From positions 1 through 40,747 of the IMG/VR virus record IMGVR_UViG_3300037722_000283: a stretch of 40,747 nucleotides of DNA; one strand, given 5' to 3'. The translations under genes were made by a program, and so were the position numbers. Shown here one piece after another: positions 25,706-33,889 of the stretch. A model generated the notes under the pieces. That model had not been told where the DNA came from. It made no database searches and was given only the letters and a program-made list of their open reading frames with translations. The stretch is from a virus. Its lineage: Duplodnaviria; Caudoviricetes. Numbering within the stretch: the first letter of the stretch is position 1; each line of letters opens with the position of its first letter.

Positions 25706-27346
25706 TCAGTACGTGGCAGCCCCGCTGCCGGCACGCGGCTTTTCTACCGTCATCGCCCAATGCACGGCCAGCATCGCTGCCTGGGCCGCCACGATCGGCT
25801 CACCGGTGCCCGACTCGATGGCCCAGCCACGCGGTTTCTGCTTTGCCATGAGCCTGCCCATCTGGACGACGAGCTCCGGATCACCATCGTGGGTCAAAAT
25901 GCCCGAGGTGACAGCCTGCATGAGTGTCTCGGCGGCCGGTGTCAGCCGCTCCTGCGACGATGGGACGCCCATCGTCACCATGCCGGCGCGCTCGAGGCGC
26001 TGCCGGGATGGCTCGAAAAAGGCTTCGTGATGCAGCAGCAGCGGACCATGGCGGCGACGCTTCGTGGGCTTGCCACCCGGGCGCTTCTGGACCATGGCGA
26101 GGACGTGGGCCCGGTAGATGTGATGCTCTTCGATGTACGTCTCGATGCTCTCGGCGTCGACGTACTCACCCTCTGACACCTCAGCGGCCCACGAGCGCAG
26201 GATGACGCGCTCCCCCTGGCGCTGAGCCACCGCGACAGCGGCCGCGCGGTGATGATGGCCGACCCGGACGCAGATATAAACCGGCTCGTCCGTGACGAGA
26301 GCAGCGTCACCCGTGCATGCCGCCCAGAGGTCGTCCGGCATCCACGCCTCCTCGTTCTCGGCGCCGCGCACGTTGAACTTCTCGCGCAGCACCTTGCCCC
26401 ACGGCACGACGCCCTGGCCGTCATCGGCAAGCGACAGGCTATCGACCTGGCGGTCGAGCTTGTCCAGCATCCAGGGCACATCGCGATACACCTCGGCGAG
26501 GGCAACGCGCTTGCGCTCGACAGACCAATCCTCGTGCGGTTCCTCTGACGGGCGGGTCGCGAACATGAGCACGCGAGGTCCCGACTTGCCCCATGTCTCA
26601 GCGACCGAGCCATGATCGATGACCGGCGCATTGGCAAGGAAGTGGCCCCATCCACCGGTCTTGTCAAGGTTGAACATCACCGTCGCGGCGAGTTCGGGAC
26701 CGCCGTTCTCAGGCAACCACCCCTGGACCTCGTCGAGCACGGCATGGACCAGAGGCGCGCCGGTGCGTGACGCTGCCGACGCCGTAGCTCGACCCATCTC
26801 AGCCCCCGGGATATCGCGACGTCTGAGCATCGTCCGGCCTGGGCGACCGGAATCTACGGTGAGGATATGTGCAAGCGGGCCCCGGGCGCCACCGGAGAGG
26901 ATCATGACCATCTGCCACACGTTGAACGTGTTGGCCTCACTGACCGATACGACCTGCACGTAGGGTGTGAGCGTGCCCGGGCTGCCCCACGGGATACCGA
27001 CCGGCTGGCCATCGGCGTCCCAGCCGTCGAAGAGGACGGGCGCGCCGCCGAACTCCCCGAGGGCCAGCATCGCAGCCAGCGGTCCCTTGCCCCAGCCCTT
27101 GGCTTCCTCCTGGTGGACACGGTCATAAAGGCGACGACCGCTCACCGGATCAATCTCGTAGATACGAAGGACTCGACGTGCCTGCGTATCGGTCAGGACG
27201 AGCGGGAGGGTAGGGTCGCTGGGATCCGGCAGGCTTGCAGATGTCCATTCGAGGATCTCCCACCCGAGCGAGCAGATGTCCCAGGGACCACGCGGGCGCC
27301 AGCCTGTGCTACGAGCGGACCGGCGGGCTGGAGCGGTGACGGTCAC
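25706..27346 (-). CDS. terL: Terminase large subunit (ATPase intact, nuclease apparently degenerate)
   Basis: LTDTQ Q-motif, Walker A AKGWGKG, Walker B AVLDE, HDGDP motif; directly upstream of portal. Confidence 0.9.
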   Translation of the reverse strand: MTVTAPARRSARSTGWRPRGPWDICSLGWEILEWTSASLPDPSDPTLPLVLTDTQARRVLRIYEIDPVSGRRLYDRVHQEEAKGWGKGPLAAMLALGEFGGAPVLFDGWDADGQPVGIPWGSPGTLTPYVQVVSVSEANTFNVWQMVMILSGGARGPLAHILTVDSGRPGRTMLRRRDIPGAEMGRATASAASRTGAPLVHAVLDEVQGWLPENGGPELAATVMFNLDKTGGWGHFLANAPVIDHGSVAETWGKSGPRVLMFATRPSEEPHEDWSVERKRVALAEVYRDVPWMLDKLDRQVDSLSLADDGQGVVPWGKVLREKFNVRGAENEEAWMPDDLWAACTGDAALVTDEPVYICVRVGHHHRAAAVAVAQRQGERVILRSWAAEVSEGEYVDAESIETYIEEHHIYRAHVLAMVQKRPGGKPTKRRRHGPLLLHHEAFFEPSRQRLERAGMVTMGVPSSQERLTPAAETLMQAVTSGILTHDGDPELVVQMGRLMAKQKPRGWAIESGTGEPIVAAQAAMLAVHWAMTVEKPRAGSGAATY

Positions 27347-27711
27347 TTGGCGACGCGACGATCACGTTCACGCTGACGACGTTCTCGTGCCCCGTGCTCA
27401 TCGAAGTCAGCGATGACCTCTCCGGGCCCGAGCAACACCCAGTCGTCCTCACTGTCGCCGAATACAACCATGCCCAAGTCACCGTCCCAATATGCCGGCA
27501 CCACGATGCGGTCACGGTCGGCTGCTCGAAGGTACTCGCCATCAGTGAACTCGACGGACCCATCGAGGCTCACCGGCGCGTGCTCCTGAATGACCCAGCC
27601 AGCCAGCGGGACGCTGTCGAGAAACAGGTCATCACCTCGCAGGAAGTAACAACACCAACCAGCGGCTGCTGGGCTGAACCCGATGCTGCGGTACTGCCAA
27701 GCTGCCCTCAC
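27343..27711 (-). CDS. Hypothetical protein between terS and terL
   Basis: GTGA overlaps with both terminase genes. Confidence 0.7.
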   Translation of the reverse strand: MRAAWQYRSIGFSPAAAGWCCYFLRGDDLFLDSVPLAGWVIQEHAPVSLDGSVEFTDGEYLRAADRDRIVVPAYWDGDLGMVVFGDSEDDWVLLGPGEVIADFDEHGARERRQRERDRRVAK

Positions 27712-28124
27712 GACACCACCCTCAAGTGCTCGTACGCCGAGCCTGCTGCCTCGCCCTCGCCCTCGTCGACGCCCTCGGGTGGCTTCCAGCGCCGGTCCTG
27801 CTGGCCCTTGCGCGTGATGCCCAGGTCATCCATGAGCAGGCGCAGCGGATTCAAGAGAGGGCCGGGCTTGGCCGCGGTGTCGGCCTTCGCCCACAGCTTG
27901 ATGACGAGCCGGAGGTTCGGCAGGTCTTCGGGTGTCCAGTTCGACGCGACCCATGACGCCATCCACGTGGCCCATGTGTCCCGCGCTGCCTGACTCCGGG
28001 CAGGGCACAGAGGCACCTCGCCGTGCTGCCAACCGATGCCAGGAGCGGTCTGCCACTCGCCGCGCTGCGGGACATCGGACTTGTTGACCCGGTCGTCCTT
28101 CGACGCCGGCCCTCTACCAGCCAT
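27708..28124 (-). CDS. terS: Terminase small subunit
   Basis: MAGRGPASK start, TWATW, LRLLMDDLGITRKGQQDRRW; actinophage-like TerS pattern. Confidence 0.8.
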   Translation of the reverse strand: MAGRGPASKDDRVNKSDVPQRGEWQTAPGIGWQHGEVPLCPARSQAARDTWATWMASWVASNWTPEDLPNLRLVIKLWAKADTAAKPGPLLNPLRLLMDDLGITRKGQQDRRWKPPEGVDEGEGEAAGSAYEHLRVVS

Positions 28125-28178
28125 CTGGTGAAACGTCCTGACTCCGAAGAGAGCCTGAAACGTGCCACGTCGGGGTGG

Positions 28179-28583
28179 TCAGGAAGGCGCAAAGGGGGTC
28201 ATCCCCCGGGTCTGGCGTCGGTCGTGGAGTGACTTGCGGCTGTTGCAGGACGTACAGAGCGCACGCAGGTTGGCCAACGTGTCGCCACCACCCGCGATGA
28301 GCGGCACGATGTGGTCGGCAGCGAACCGGCCGGCCGGGTGTGGCTGGCGCCGCCAACCCGGGCAGACATAACCGTGGCGCTTGATGTGGTCGACCACTAC
28401 TTGGCGTCTCATCCTGCGAGAGGCGCGGCTGTCGTAGGCCTTCGGCCTGCGCGTCGACGGCTTGAACTTCGCCCCGAAGCCCTGACCGACATGGACCTCG
28501 CAGAGTCGGGATGGGTCGGTCGTGGGGTTCATGCATGGTCGACCACTCTCATCCTTGCCACGGCAGACGACACTTCGTACCAC
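28179..28583 (-). CDS. HNH endonuclease (terminase-associated position)
   Basis: ADHIVPLIAGGGDTLANLRALCTSCNSRK; start uncertain. Confidence 0.88.
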   Translation of the reverse strand: MVRSVVCRGKDESGRPCMNPTTDPSRLCEVHVGQGFGAKFKPSTRRPKAYDSRASRRMRRQVVVDHIKRHGYVCPGWRRQPHPAGRFAADHIVPLIAGGGDTLANLRALCTSCNSRKSLHDRRQTRGMTPFAPS

Positions 28584-28584
28584 G

Positions 28585-28797
28585 TCATCCCATGCTCCGC
28601 TGTTCACGGTCAGCGGCCAGGAGCAGGCCCAGCTCATCATCGAACCCATTGGCATGTCGTGCCTTGTCGAGATGACGACGCACTCCATCCGGGCTGATGC
28701 CCAGCTGGTGAGCGATCTCCCGACGCCCGTAGCGACGTAGACGCAGCATCACGACACGCTGCTGGCGCGGGGTCAGGCGCAGCTGACCAGTCGCCAT
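28585..28797 (-). CDS. LuxR/sigma region 4-type HTH protein
   Basis: LTPRQQRVV...REIAHQLGISPDGVRRHL. Confidence 0.8.
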   Translation of the reverse strand: MATGQLRLTPRQQRVVMLRLRRYGRREIAHQLGISPDGVRRHLDKARHANGFDDELGLLLAADREQRSMG

Positions 28798-28799
28798 CG

Positions 28800-29015
28800 T
28801 CACTCGGGCACCGCCACTTGGGCGAGCCAGCGATGGTCGCAGAGGGCATCCACCACTAGCCACTTCTGGAGGAACTCGTCCTCGCGCTGCCGCAGGTAGC
28901 TGCCCTCTGGTCCGGGATAACGTGACGCTTCCGCAGCCGCATCACGGAGCATCGCCATCGCTTCACGACACGCCGGCGAGTGCTCAGTGATGTCCTCGAG
29001 ATGCTTGCGGCTCAC
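28800..29015 (-). CDS. Hypothetical protein (71 aa)
   Basis: GTGA-coupled start. Confidence 0.55.
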   Translation of the reverse strand: MSRKHLEDITEHSPACREAMAMLRDAAAEASRYPGPEGSYLRQREDEFLQKWLVVDALCDHRWLAQVAVPE

Positions 29016-29224
29016 GTGGGCACCGTCACGATGACACTGCGGCCATCGGTCAGGACCTCCAATGCTGGGATATGGGTGGGGTGATATGAGCGGGTTTCCT
29101 TGCCCGAGCCGACGAGGACCGCCGACTCGGCGTCGATCAGCTCGCCGCACTCGTGGCAGCGATAGCGGACCTCGCCGAACAGGCGGATCTCCGGTTCGGG
29201 CAGCTTCCAGGCGGGGGCGGTCAA
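29012..29224 (-). CDS. Hypothetical CxxC/HxxH protein
   Basis: RCHECG...YHPTH; TTG start after AAGGA. Confidence 0.55.
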   Translation of the reverse strand: MTAPAWKLPEPEIRLFGEVRYRCHECGELIDAESAVLVGSGKETRSYHPTHIPALEVLTDGRSVIVTVPT

Positions 29225-29226
29225 TG

Positions 29227-29616
29227 TCAGTCCTTCGGCACTGGCTGGCTGGGATCGCGCGTCATGAGGGCAGGCCCGGTCTGCGGACCCCAGGCACGGA
29301 GGATGGAGCCGATGGTCTCGGCCACGTACAGGCCGGCGGCTGCGACACCGACGGCGGTGAGGGCGGGCACGTCGACCACGGGCACGAGCCACTGGTCGGC
29401 GAAGTGGCCCACGAAGAGCAGTATCCAGATGGGCACGATGCGACCGGCTACGTGTTTACGCAGGAATGCCGCGACCGAGTCGAGGGTGAAGGTGCCGTCC
29501 CTGATGGCTGCCGATACCGAGAGGACGAAGTCCACCACGGGCAGCAGCACCACCCACAGCGCCAGTTGCCCTGCCTGCGATGAGAAGAACGCATCCAGCG
29601 TCACGCGGAAATCCAT
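29227..29616 (-). CDS. Holin-like membrane protein
   Basis: About three hydrophobic segments; AAGGAG RBS; lysis region. Confidence 0.7.
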   Translation of the reverse strand: MDFRVTLDAFFSSQAGQLALWVVLLPVVDFVLSVSAAIRDGTFTLDSVAAFLRKHVAGRIVPIWILLFVGHFADQWLVPVVDVPALTAVGVAAAGLYVAETIGSILRAWGPQTGPALMTRDPSQPVPKD

Positions 29617-29698
29617 CAGTCATGTCTCCTTGTCTGTCTGCTGCCCCGACGCCATCACTGACGCCGGGGCATGGGCCGCCGAGGCCCTCCCGCCAGGT

Positions 29699-29941
29699 CT
29701 ATGCCCGAGGGCGTGCCCTGGTGGGGCGTTTGATGAGATACCAGCGACGGCTGCGGCGGCGCTCCTGCTCGCGGTGGCGGTCGGCATAGCGCCTGCTCGC
29801 ATCGCGCTGGCACTGGGCACAACGGGTCCATCGGCCTGCCACGTACGTGCCGACCATGGAGCGTGGGTGGCCGTTGATGCACAGCGCGCCGTGGACCGAC
29901 ACGTCGTGCGGCGACCAGTTGCAAGTGGTGCAGCGGACCAT
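29699..29941 (-). CDS. Small zinc-binding protein
   Basis: CINGH...RCAQCQRDASRRY, a motif often attached to HNH proteins. Confidence 0.6.
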   Translation of the reverse strand: MVRCTTCNWSPHDVSVHGALCINGHPRSMVGTYVAGRWTRCAQCQRDASRRYADRHREQERRRSRRWYLIKRPTRARPRA

Positions 29942-29942
29942 G

Positions 29943-30170
29943 TCATCCGGTCGTCTCCTCGTCGGCCATCCCGGATTCGCGCTCGGACTCCACCGAATGG
30001 ACCAGCGAGAGGTGCTTCTCCTGGGCTCGCTGACGGGCCAGGTCCGCGACCTCGGCGTCGTTGCGGCCGGTGACGTGGGTGATGTCGGGCTGGCACCAGC
30101 AATCGACCGAGAGGACGTGCTGGCGCTCGCCGACGGCGGCCGGGCGGGTGAAGGCGTGTGCGTTGGTCAT
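29943..30170 (-). CDS. Hypothetical protein (H..DCWCQP motif)
   Basis: AGGAG RBS; ATGA overlap. Confidence 0.65.
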   Translation of the reverse strand: MTNAHAFTRPAAVGERQHVLSVDCWCQPDITHVTGRNDAEVADLARQRAQEKHLSLVHSVESERESGMADEETTG

Positions 30171-31033
30171 GGTGCTGCTCCTGTGCGTTGCTCTTCATGC
30201 CACTCGATGGACTTGACGTGGGCTGACTCGTGCGCTGCTGCACGGGCGTTGGCAACGAGTTCGGTGCAGTCGCCGGGGGTGCCGCCCTCCAGCTCTTCGA
30301 TGCGGCGCTTGAGGCGCGCGACCGCGGCCAGGGCTGGCTTCAGCGCGGCCTCGGCCTCGTTGCGGTCGTCACGCAGGTTCCCGATGCGGGCGTGCAGCTT
30401 CTGCTCGAGCAGCGCCCCCTGGGTCCATGCGCCGATGGGCACTGTCCAGGCGAGCACCTGGCCGCCGTTGATGGCCTTGGCCGCCTTGCGCAGGTCGCTG
30501 ATCGGAGCGCGGTGGCCACGGTAGGTGCGTGAATGCTTGCGCATCGGGCCCATGACCCAGAACGCCGCCCCGGCCGGGCCCCAGATGACCACCTGGTGGT
30601 CCGCATCGGTGAGGTCGATCGAGTTGCGTGTGCCGAAGATGCTGAGGCGGACGGCGATGCTGATCACCTCGTCGGCCTTCGCGTGGTCCATCACGAGATC
30701 CCAGTCGCGCGTGACCAGCTGCTCGACCTTGGGCACGTCGTGCATGGCACGTTGGATCCGCACGTAGTCGTTCGTGTCGGGGATGCCGTTCTCGTCGGGC
30801 AGGCGCTTGAAGGCCTTCCAGCCGCGCTCGAGCTCGGCCTTGATGATCGCGAGGCCCTTCGCCTTGCCGTCGGGGCGGATCGTGGTCTCGCCGAGGCTGG
30901 CGATCGCCGACTGGTGCCACGCCGAGGACACCCCGCAACCGAGCAGTGACGGCGGGTTGTTCGGGCGTGGCTTCTTGCCCAGGACCCACTCGGATGCGAG
31001 AGGCGGGCGGTAGGCGTCGACGGTGGCGCTCAT
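30167..31033 (-). CDS. Putative endolysin: papain-fold (C39-like) peptidase plus coiled coil
   Basis: LGCG (Cys), ADHQVVI (His), WVMGP; lies among holin-like genes. Confidence 0.5.
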   Translation of the reverse strand: MSATVDAYRPPLASEWVLGKKPRPNNPPSLLGCGVSSAWHQSAIASLGETTIRPDGKAKGLAIIKAELERGWKAFKRLPDENGIPDTNDYVRIQRAMHDVPKVEQLVTRDWDLVMDHAKADEVISIAVRLSIFGTRNSIDLTDADHQVVIWGPAGAAFWVMGPMRKHSRTYRGHRAPISDLRKAAKAINGGQVLAWTVPIGAWTQGALLEQKLHARIGNLRDDRNEAEAALKPALAAVARLKRRIEELEGGTPGDCTELVANARAAAHESAHVKSIEWHEEQRTGAAP

Positions 31034-31290
31034 GCGGCACCGGCTGGCGGTAGCTGTGGCCCGCAGACCGTGGGCCCGGCAGCCTCCTTGGCAGGCTCGA
31101 GGATCAGCCCGTCGATGAGCTGCCGCTGGCCATCAGCCAGGAGGTCCACCCGGATGCGCACCGAGTCCTCGAGCGGCTCGGCTGGCGCCAGTGGGAACTG
31201 CCACAGCGACGGCTTGGTCGGGTCGGTGGCGGCGAGGACCGGGGCAGCCAGGAGCACAAGGATGGCTGCGGTGACGAGGGCGAGCTTCAT
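31030..31290 (-). CDS. Secreted small protein
   Basis: Signal peptide MKLALVTAAILVLLAAPVLA. Confidence 0.7.
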   Translation of the reverse strand: MKLALVTAAILVLLAAPVLAATDPTKPSLWQFPLAPAEPLEDSVRIRVDLLADGQRQLIDGLILEPAKEAAGPTVCGPQLPPAGAA

Positions 31291-31640
31291 GGCGCGTCCT
31301 CACGGTCGTGGCCGCGCTCGATCTCCCTGAGCATCCACCAGTCACTGATGGGACCCCACATCAATAGCGCAAGGGCGACGCCGAGCGCGAGGACGCCCCA
31401 CGGCTGCGGCACGGGCGGCCACATGAACGGGATGCGCAGCAGGCCGTAGAGGGTCAGGGCGAGGATGAGCAGGCTGGCCACGACGGTCCGCAGCTCCGAC
31501 GCCACGAGCCGGTCCCAGATGATGGAGTCGATGAGACGCCGTCCGTAGCGCATGCGCATGGCCACGGCAGCCCCGATGGACACGATGGCCTCCCCGGTGA
31601 GCAGGAGCACGATGGCGAAGACGACCGGGTCATCGGTCAC
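31287..31640 (-). CDS. Three-TM membrane protein
   Basis: Three hydrophobic segments. Confidence 0.75.
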   Translation of the reverse strand: MTDDPVVFAIVLLLTGEAIVSIGAAVAMRMRYGRRLIDSIIWDRLVASELRTVVASLLILALTLYGLLRIPFMWPPVPQPWGVLALGVALALLMWGPISDWWMLREIERGHDREDAP

Positions 31641-31831
31641 CGTTTGGCACTCCGCATGGCCCGCTCGGCCCGCCTGTGCTCCTCGAGGAGACGAGCGCTC
31701 ACCTGGGCACGCAGCTCGGCGTTGTCGGCAAGCGCCTGGTCAGCTCGTCGGATCGACCGGCGCGACCGCTCGTACGACGCCTCGCGATCGACGCGACGGA
31801 ACAGGCTACGCAACCGGTCAATCAGTCCCAC
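31637..31831 (-). CDS. Basic helical protein (64 aa)
   Basis: MGLIDRLRSLFRR...; packed in the lysis cassette. Confidence 0.6.
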   Translation of the reverse strand: MGLIDRLRSLFRRVDREASYERSRRSIRRADQALADNAELRAQVSARLLEEHRRAERAMRSAKR

Positions 31832-32069
31832 GCTGCCTCGATTCCAGGAGGGCGAGCACCGTGCGCAGCACGCCCGATGAGTCCCTGACCGCATCGGTGA
31901 GCTTGTCCAGACGGTCATCCTGCTTGTCTGCCCGTGTCGCCTCGCGCGCATGGCTGGGACCCGCCACGAGCTTGCCCGTGACGATGAGCCATAGCACCCC
32001 CGAGAGGACGGCCGAGCTGAATACCCAGCCTCCGACCTCCGCGAGACCGGTGAGGTCGGGGAGGTCCAT
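31818..32069 (-). CDS. Single-TM plus coiled-coil protein (holin-like)
   Basis: Hydrophobic helix ending LIVTGKLV, then heptads; first gene after attP. Confidence 0.7.
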   Translation of the reverse strand: MDLPDLTGLAEVGGWVFSSAVLSGVLWLIVTGKLVAGPSHAREATRADKQDDRLDKLTDAVRDSSGVLRTVLALLESRQRGTD

Positions 32070-32090
32070 CGCTCACGTGGCTCCCCGGTG

Positions 32091-32119
32091 TGCGTCCATG
32101 GCGCCACAGCATGGACGTA
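32091..32119. terminator. Stem-loop upstream of the lysis cassette
   Basis: CGTCCATG (32093-32100) / CATGGACG (32110-32117), 9-nt loop; no strong U-tract. Confidence 0.4.
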
Positions 32120-32126
32120 TTCCCGC

Positions 32127-32301
32127 CCGGGTGTCAATCGGGTGCTATCCGACCCCCGCTACACTCCGCTCAGTGCCGGTCGGTGCCGCTCATTCGTGCT
32201 TGGTCATCTTGTCCCAGAGGGCGCCGGCGTTGTGGAGCATGATGTAATCCATCATCGACCACAGGCACGAAATCAGGGGTTCCGGGTGTCATCCGGGTGC
32301 T
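32127..32301. other. attP (arm-type repeats flanking a core dyad)
   Basis: CCGGGTGTCA-NN-CGGGTGCT at 32127-32146 and 32282-32301 (18/20 identical); core TGTGG-N3-ATGAT-[GTAATCC]-ATCAT-N3-CCACA at 32231-32263; immediately downstream of int. Confidence 0.75.
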
Positions 32302-32308
32302 CGGAAGC

Positions 32309-33451
32309 CTAGCCCAGCCCTTCGTCGAGCGTGTCCATGGCCTTGCGCCTGGAGTCCTGACTGACGTGGGCGTAGGTGCGAGCCGTGATCGAGGGTGAGC
32401 TGTGGCCAAGGATGTCAGCGATATCGCGCATCGGAACGCCCTGCTGATGCAGCAACGTCGCTGTGCCGTGCCTGAGCTTGTGGGGCGTGATCCGTGGTAG
32501 ACCTGCGTTCGTCATGAGCTTCGGGAACGCGTGCGAGGCCACACCGACCGTCAGGCGCTTGTAGGTGCGCTCGCCCATGAAGACGGGCTCAGCGGCGCCG
32601 TAGCGCGGCGTGGTGACCTTGTGGCGCTGCAGGGCAGCGACGACGAATGCGGGCAGCGGGATCGTGCGGCTCGCGGCTTTCGTCTTGCCCTTGCGGACCG
32701 TGACGGAGCCCTGCCGGCCACTTGTCGGATCGCCAAGTACCACGTCTCGCCAGTCCAGCGCACACGCCTCCCCGAGCCGCAGCCCGGTGCCCAGCAGGAG
32801 CGTCCACAGCGCAGCGAGCCGGTCGGGTGGGTGCTCCGGCGTGCCATCGCCCTGCACCGCTCGCAGGATGGCCTGTGCCATCGCTGGGGTCATCGCCTCC
32901 ACCGGGGGCCGGTCGACGCGCGGCAGCTCCACCATGGCCACGTTGGTCGTGAGGTCGCCATCCGAGACAGCCTGGCCGAGCGCGTTGCGCAGCGTGGCCA
33001 CGATGTGCCCCACGGTGGCCGCCGAGAGGCCGGCCCGCAGGCGATCGTCGATGAGCCTGCGCACGTCGCGCTGGTGGAGCGCGCCCACCCTGATGCCGCC
33101 GAGCAGTGGCCCGATGTGCTTGTCGATGTGGTGTCGGTACAGCGTGACGCTCGACGGTGCCAGGGTGCTCGAGGCCCCCTGCAGCCACTCCTCGAGGTAG
33201 GCATCGAGACCCATCAGCGCCACGTCCCCGCCGCGGCCGTACTGGCGCTGGAGGCGCGACAGCAGCGACTCGGCATCGTGGCGGTCGCCGCCCTTGCGGG
33301 CCGTGGCCTTGACGGTGCGTCGCTTGCCCGTCTTCGGGTCGGTGCCGAGGCGCAAGACGGCGACCCAGCGGTCGGCCGTCGTGTCCTTGTAGGTCGTGCC
33401 TTCCCCGCGGCGGTGCCTGCGCGGCTTCCGCTTGGCGCCCTTCTGTGCCAC
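32309..33451 (-). CDS. int: Tyrosine integrase (380 aa)
   Basis: RRGEGT N-terminus; catalytic R (GLRLGE), K, HKLRH, LGH, Y; TAGACT-N7-GTG supports the 33451 start. Confidence 0.96.
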   Translation of the reverse strand: MAQKGAKRKPRRHRRGEGTTYKDTTADRWVAVLRLGTDPKTGKRRTVKATARKGGDRHDAESLLSRLQRQYGRGGDVALMGLDAYLEEWLQGASSTLAPSSVTLYRHHIDKHIGPLLGGIRVGALHQRDVRRLIDDRLRAGLSAATVGHIVATLRNALGQAVSDGDLTTNVAMVELPRVDRPPVEAMTPAMAQAILRAVQGDGTPEHPPDRLAALWTLLLGTGLRLGEACALDWRDVVLGDPTSGRQGSVTVRKGKTKAASRTIPLPAFVVAALQRHKVTTPRYGAAEPVFMGERTYKRLTVGVASHAFPKLMTNAGLPRITPHKLRHGTATLLHQQGVPMRDIADILGHSSPSITARTYAHVSQDSRRKAMDTLDEGLG

Positions 33452-33467
33452 GTCGCCGAGTCTAGCG

Positions 33468-33650
33468 TCATGCGACGCGATCGCGACCACGTCGATGGGC
33501 GATGTACGCCTCGACATCCGCGACGGTGTACCGCGGCAGGCGGCCGATGTAGGTCGGGCGAAGCTGCCGGGTCTTGGTCAGGTGGCGCACGGTGCGCTGC
33601 GACACCTTGAGCCACTGGGCGACCTCGGCAGGGGTGCGCAGCTCGGTCAC
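33468..33650 (-). CDS. xis: Excisionase (HTH_17-like)
   Basis: TPAEVAQWLKVSQRTV...IGRLPRY; adjacent to int. Confidence 0.85.
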   Translation of the reverse strand: MTELRTPAEVAQWLKVSQRTVRHLTKTRQLRPTYIGRLPRYTVADVEAYIAHRRGRDRVA

Positions 33651-33889
33651 AGGAGGCCCTCGGAGCGCAGGACATGGAGTCGCTCGCGGCTGTGCCGGTT
33701 GGCCTCGTCGGGGGTGAAGTAGGGAGCCGGCCCAGATTCCCGTCGCCGCTCATTCCGCTCATGGTACGTACTATCGAGCTGCGCGACATCCGGCTCCGGA
33801 GGCATGATACCAGTCGGCTGGGCGATCAGGCGCCAGCGCAGGGCAGCGAGAGCGGCGACGATGACGAGGGCGAGGGCGACGAGCTTCAT
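33647..33889 (-). CDS. Small membrane-anchored protein
   Basis: N-terminal hydrophobic helix. Confidence 0.6.
   Translation of the reverse strand: MKLVALALVIVAALAALRWRLIAQPTGIMPPEPDVAQLDSTYHERNERRRESGPAPYFTPDEANRHSRERLHVLRSEGLL

Noticed and set aside
24689-26176. 495-aa plus-strand ORF
   Set aside because: Antisense shadow of portal and terL.
29620-30255. 211-aa minus-strand ORF
   Set aside because: Low-complexity off-frame reading; two smaller motif-bearing ORFs explain the interval.
32078-32088. TGGCTCCCCGG as a tRNA 3'-end att core
   Set aside because: No T-arm (GTTCRA) adjacent; it lies outside the arm repeats and overlaps the likely RBS region of the next gene.
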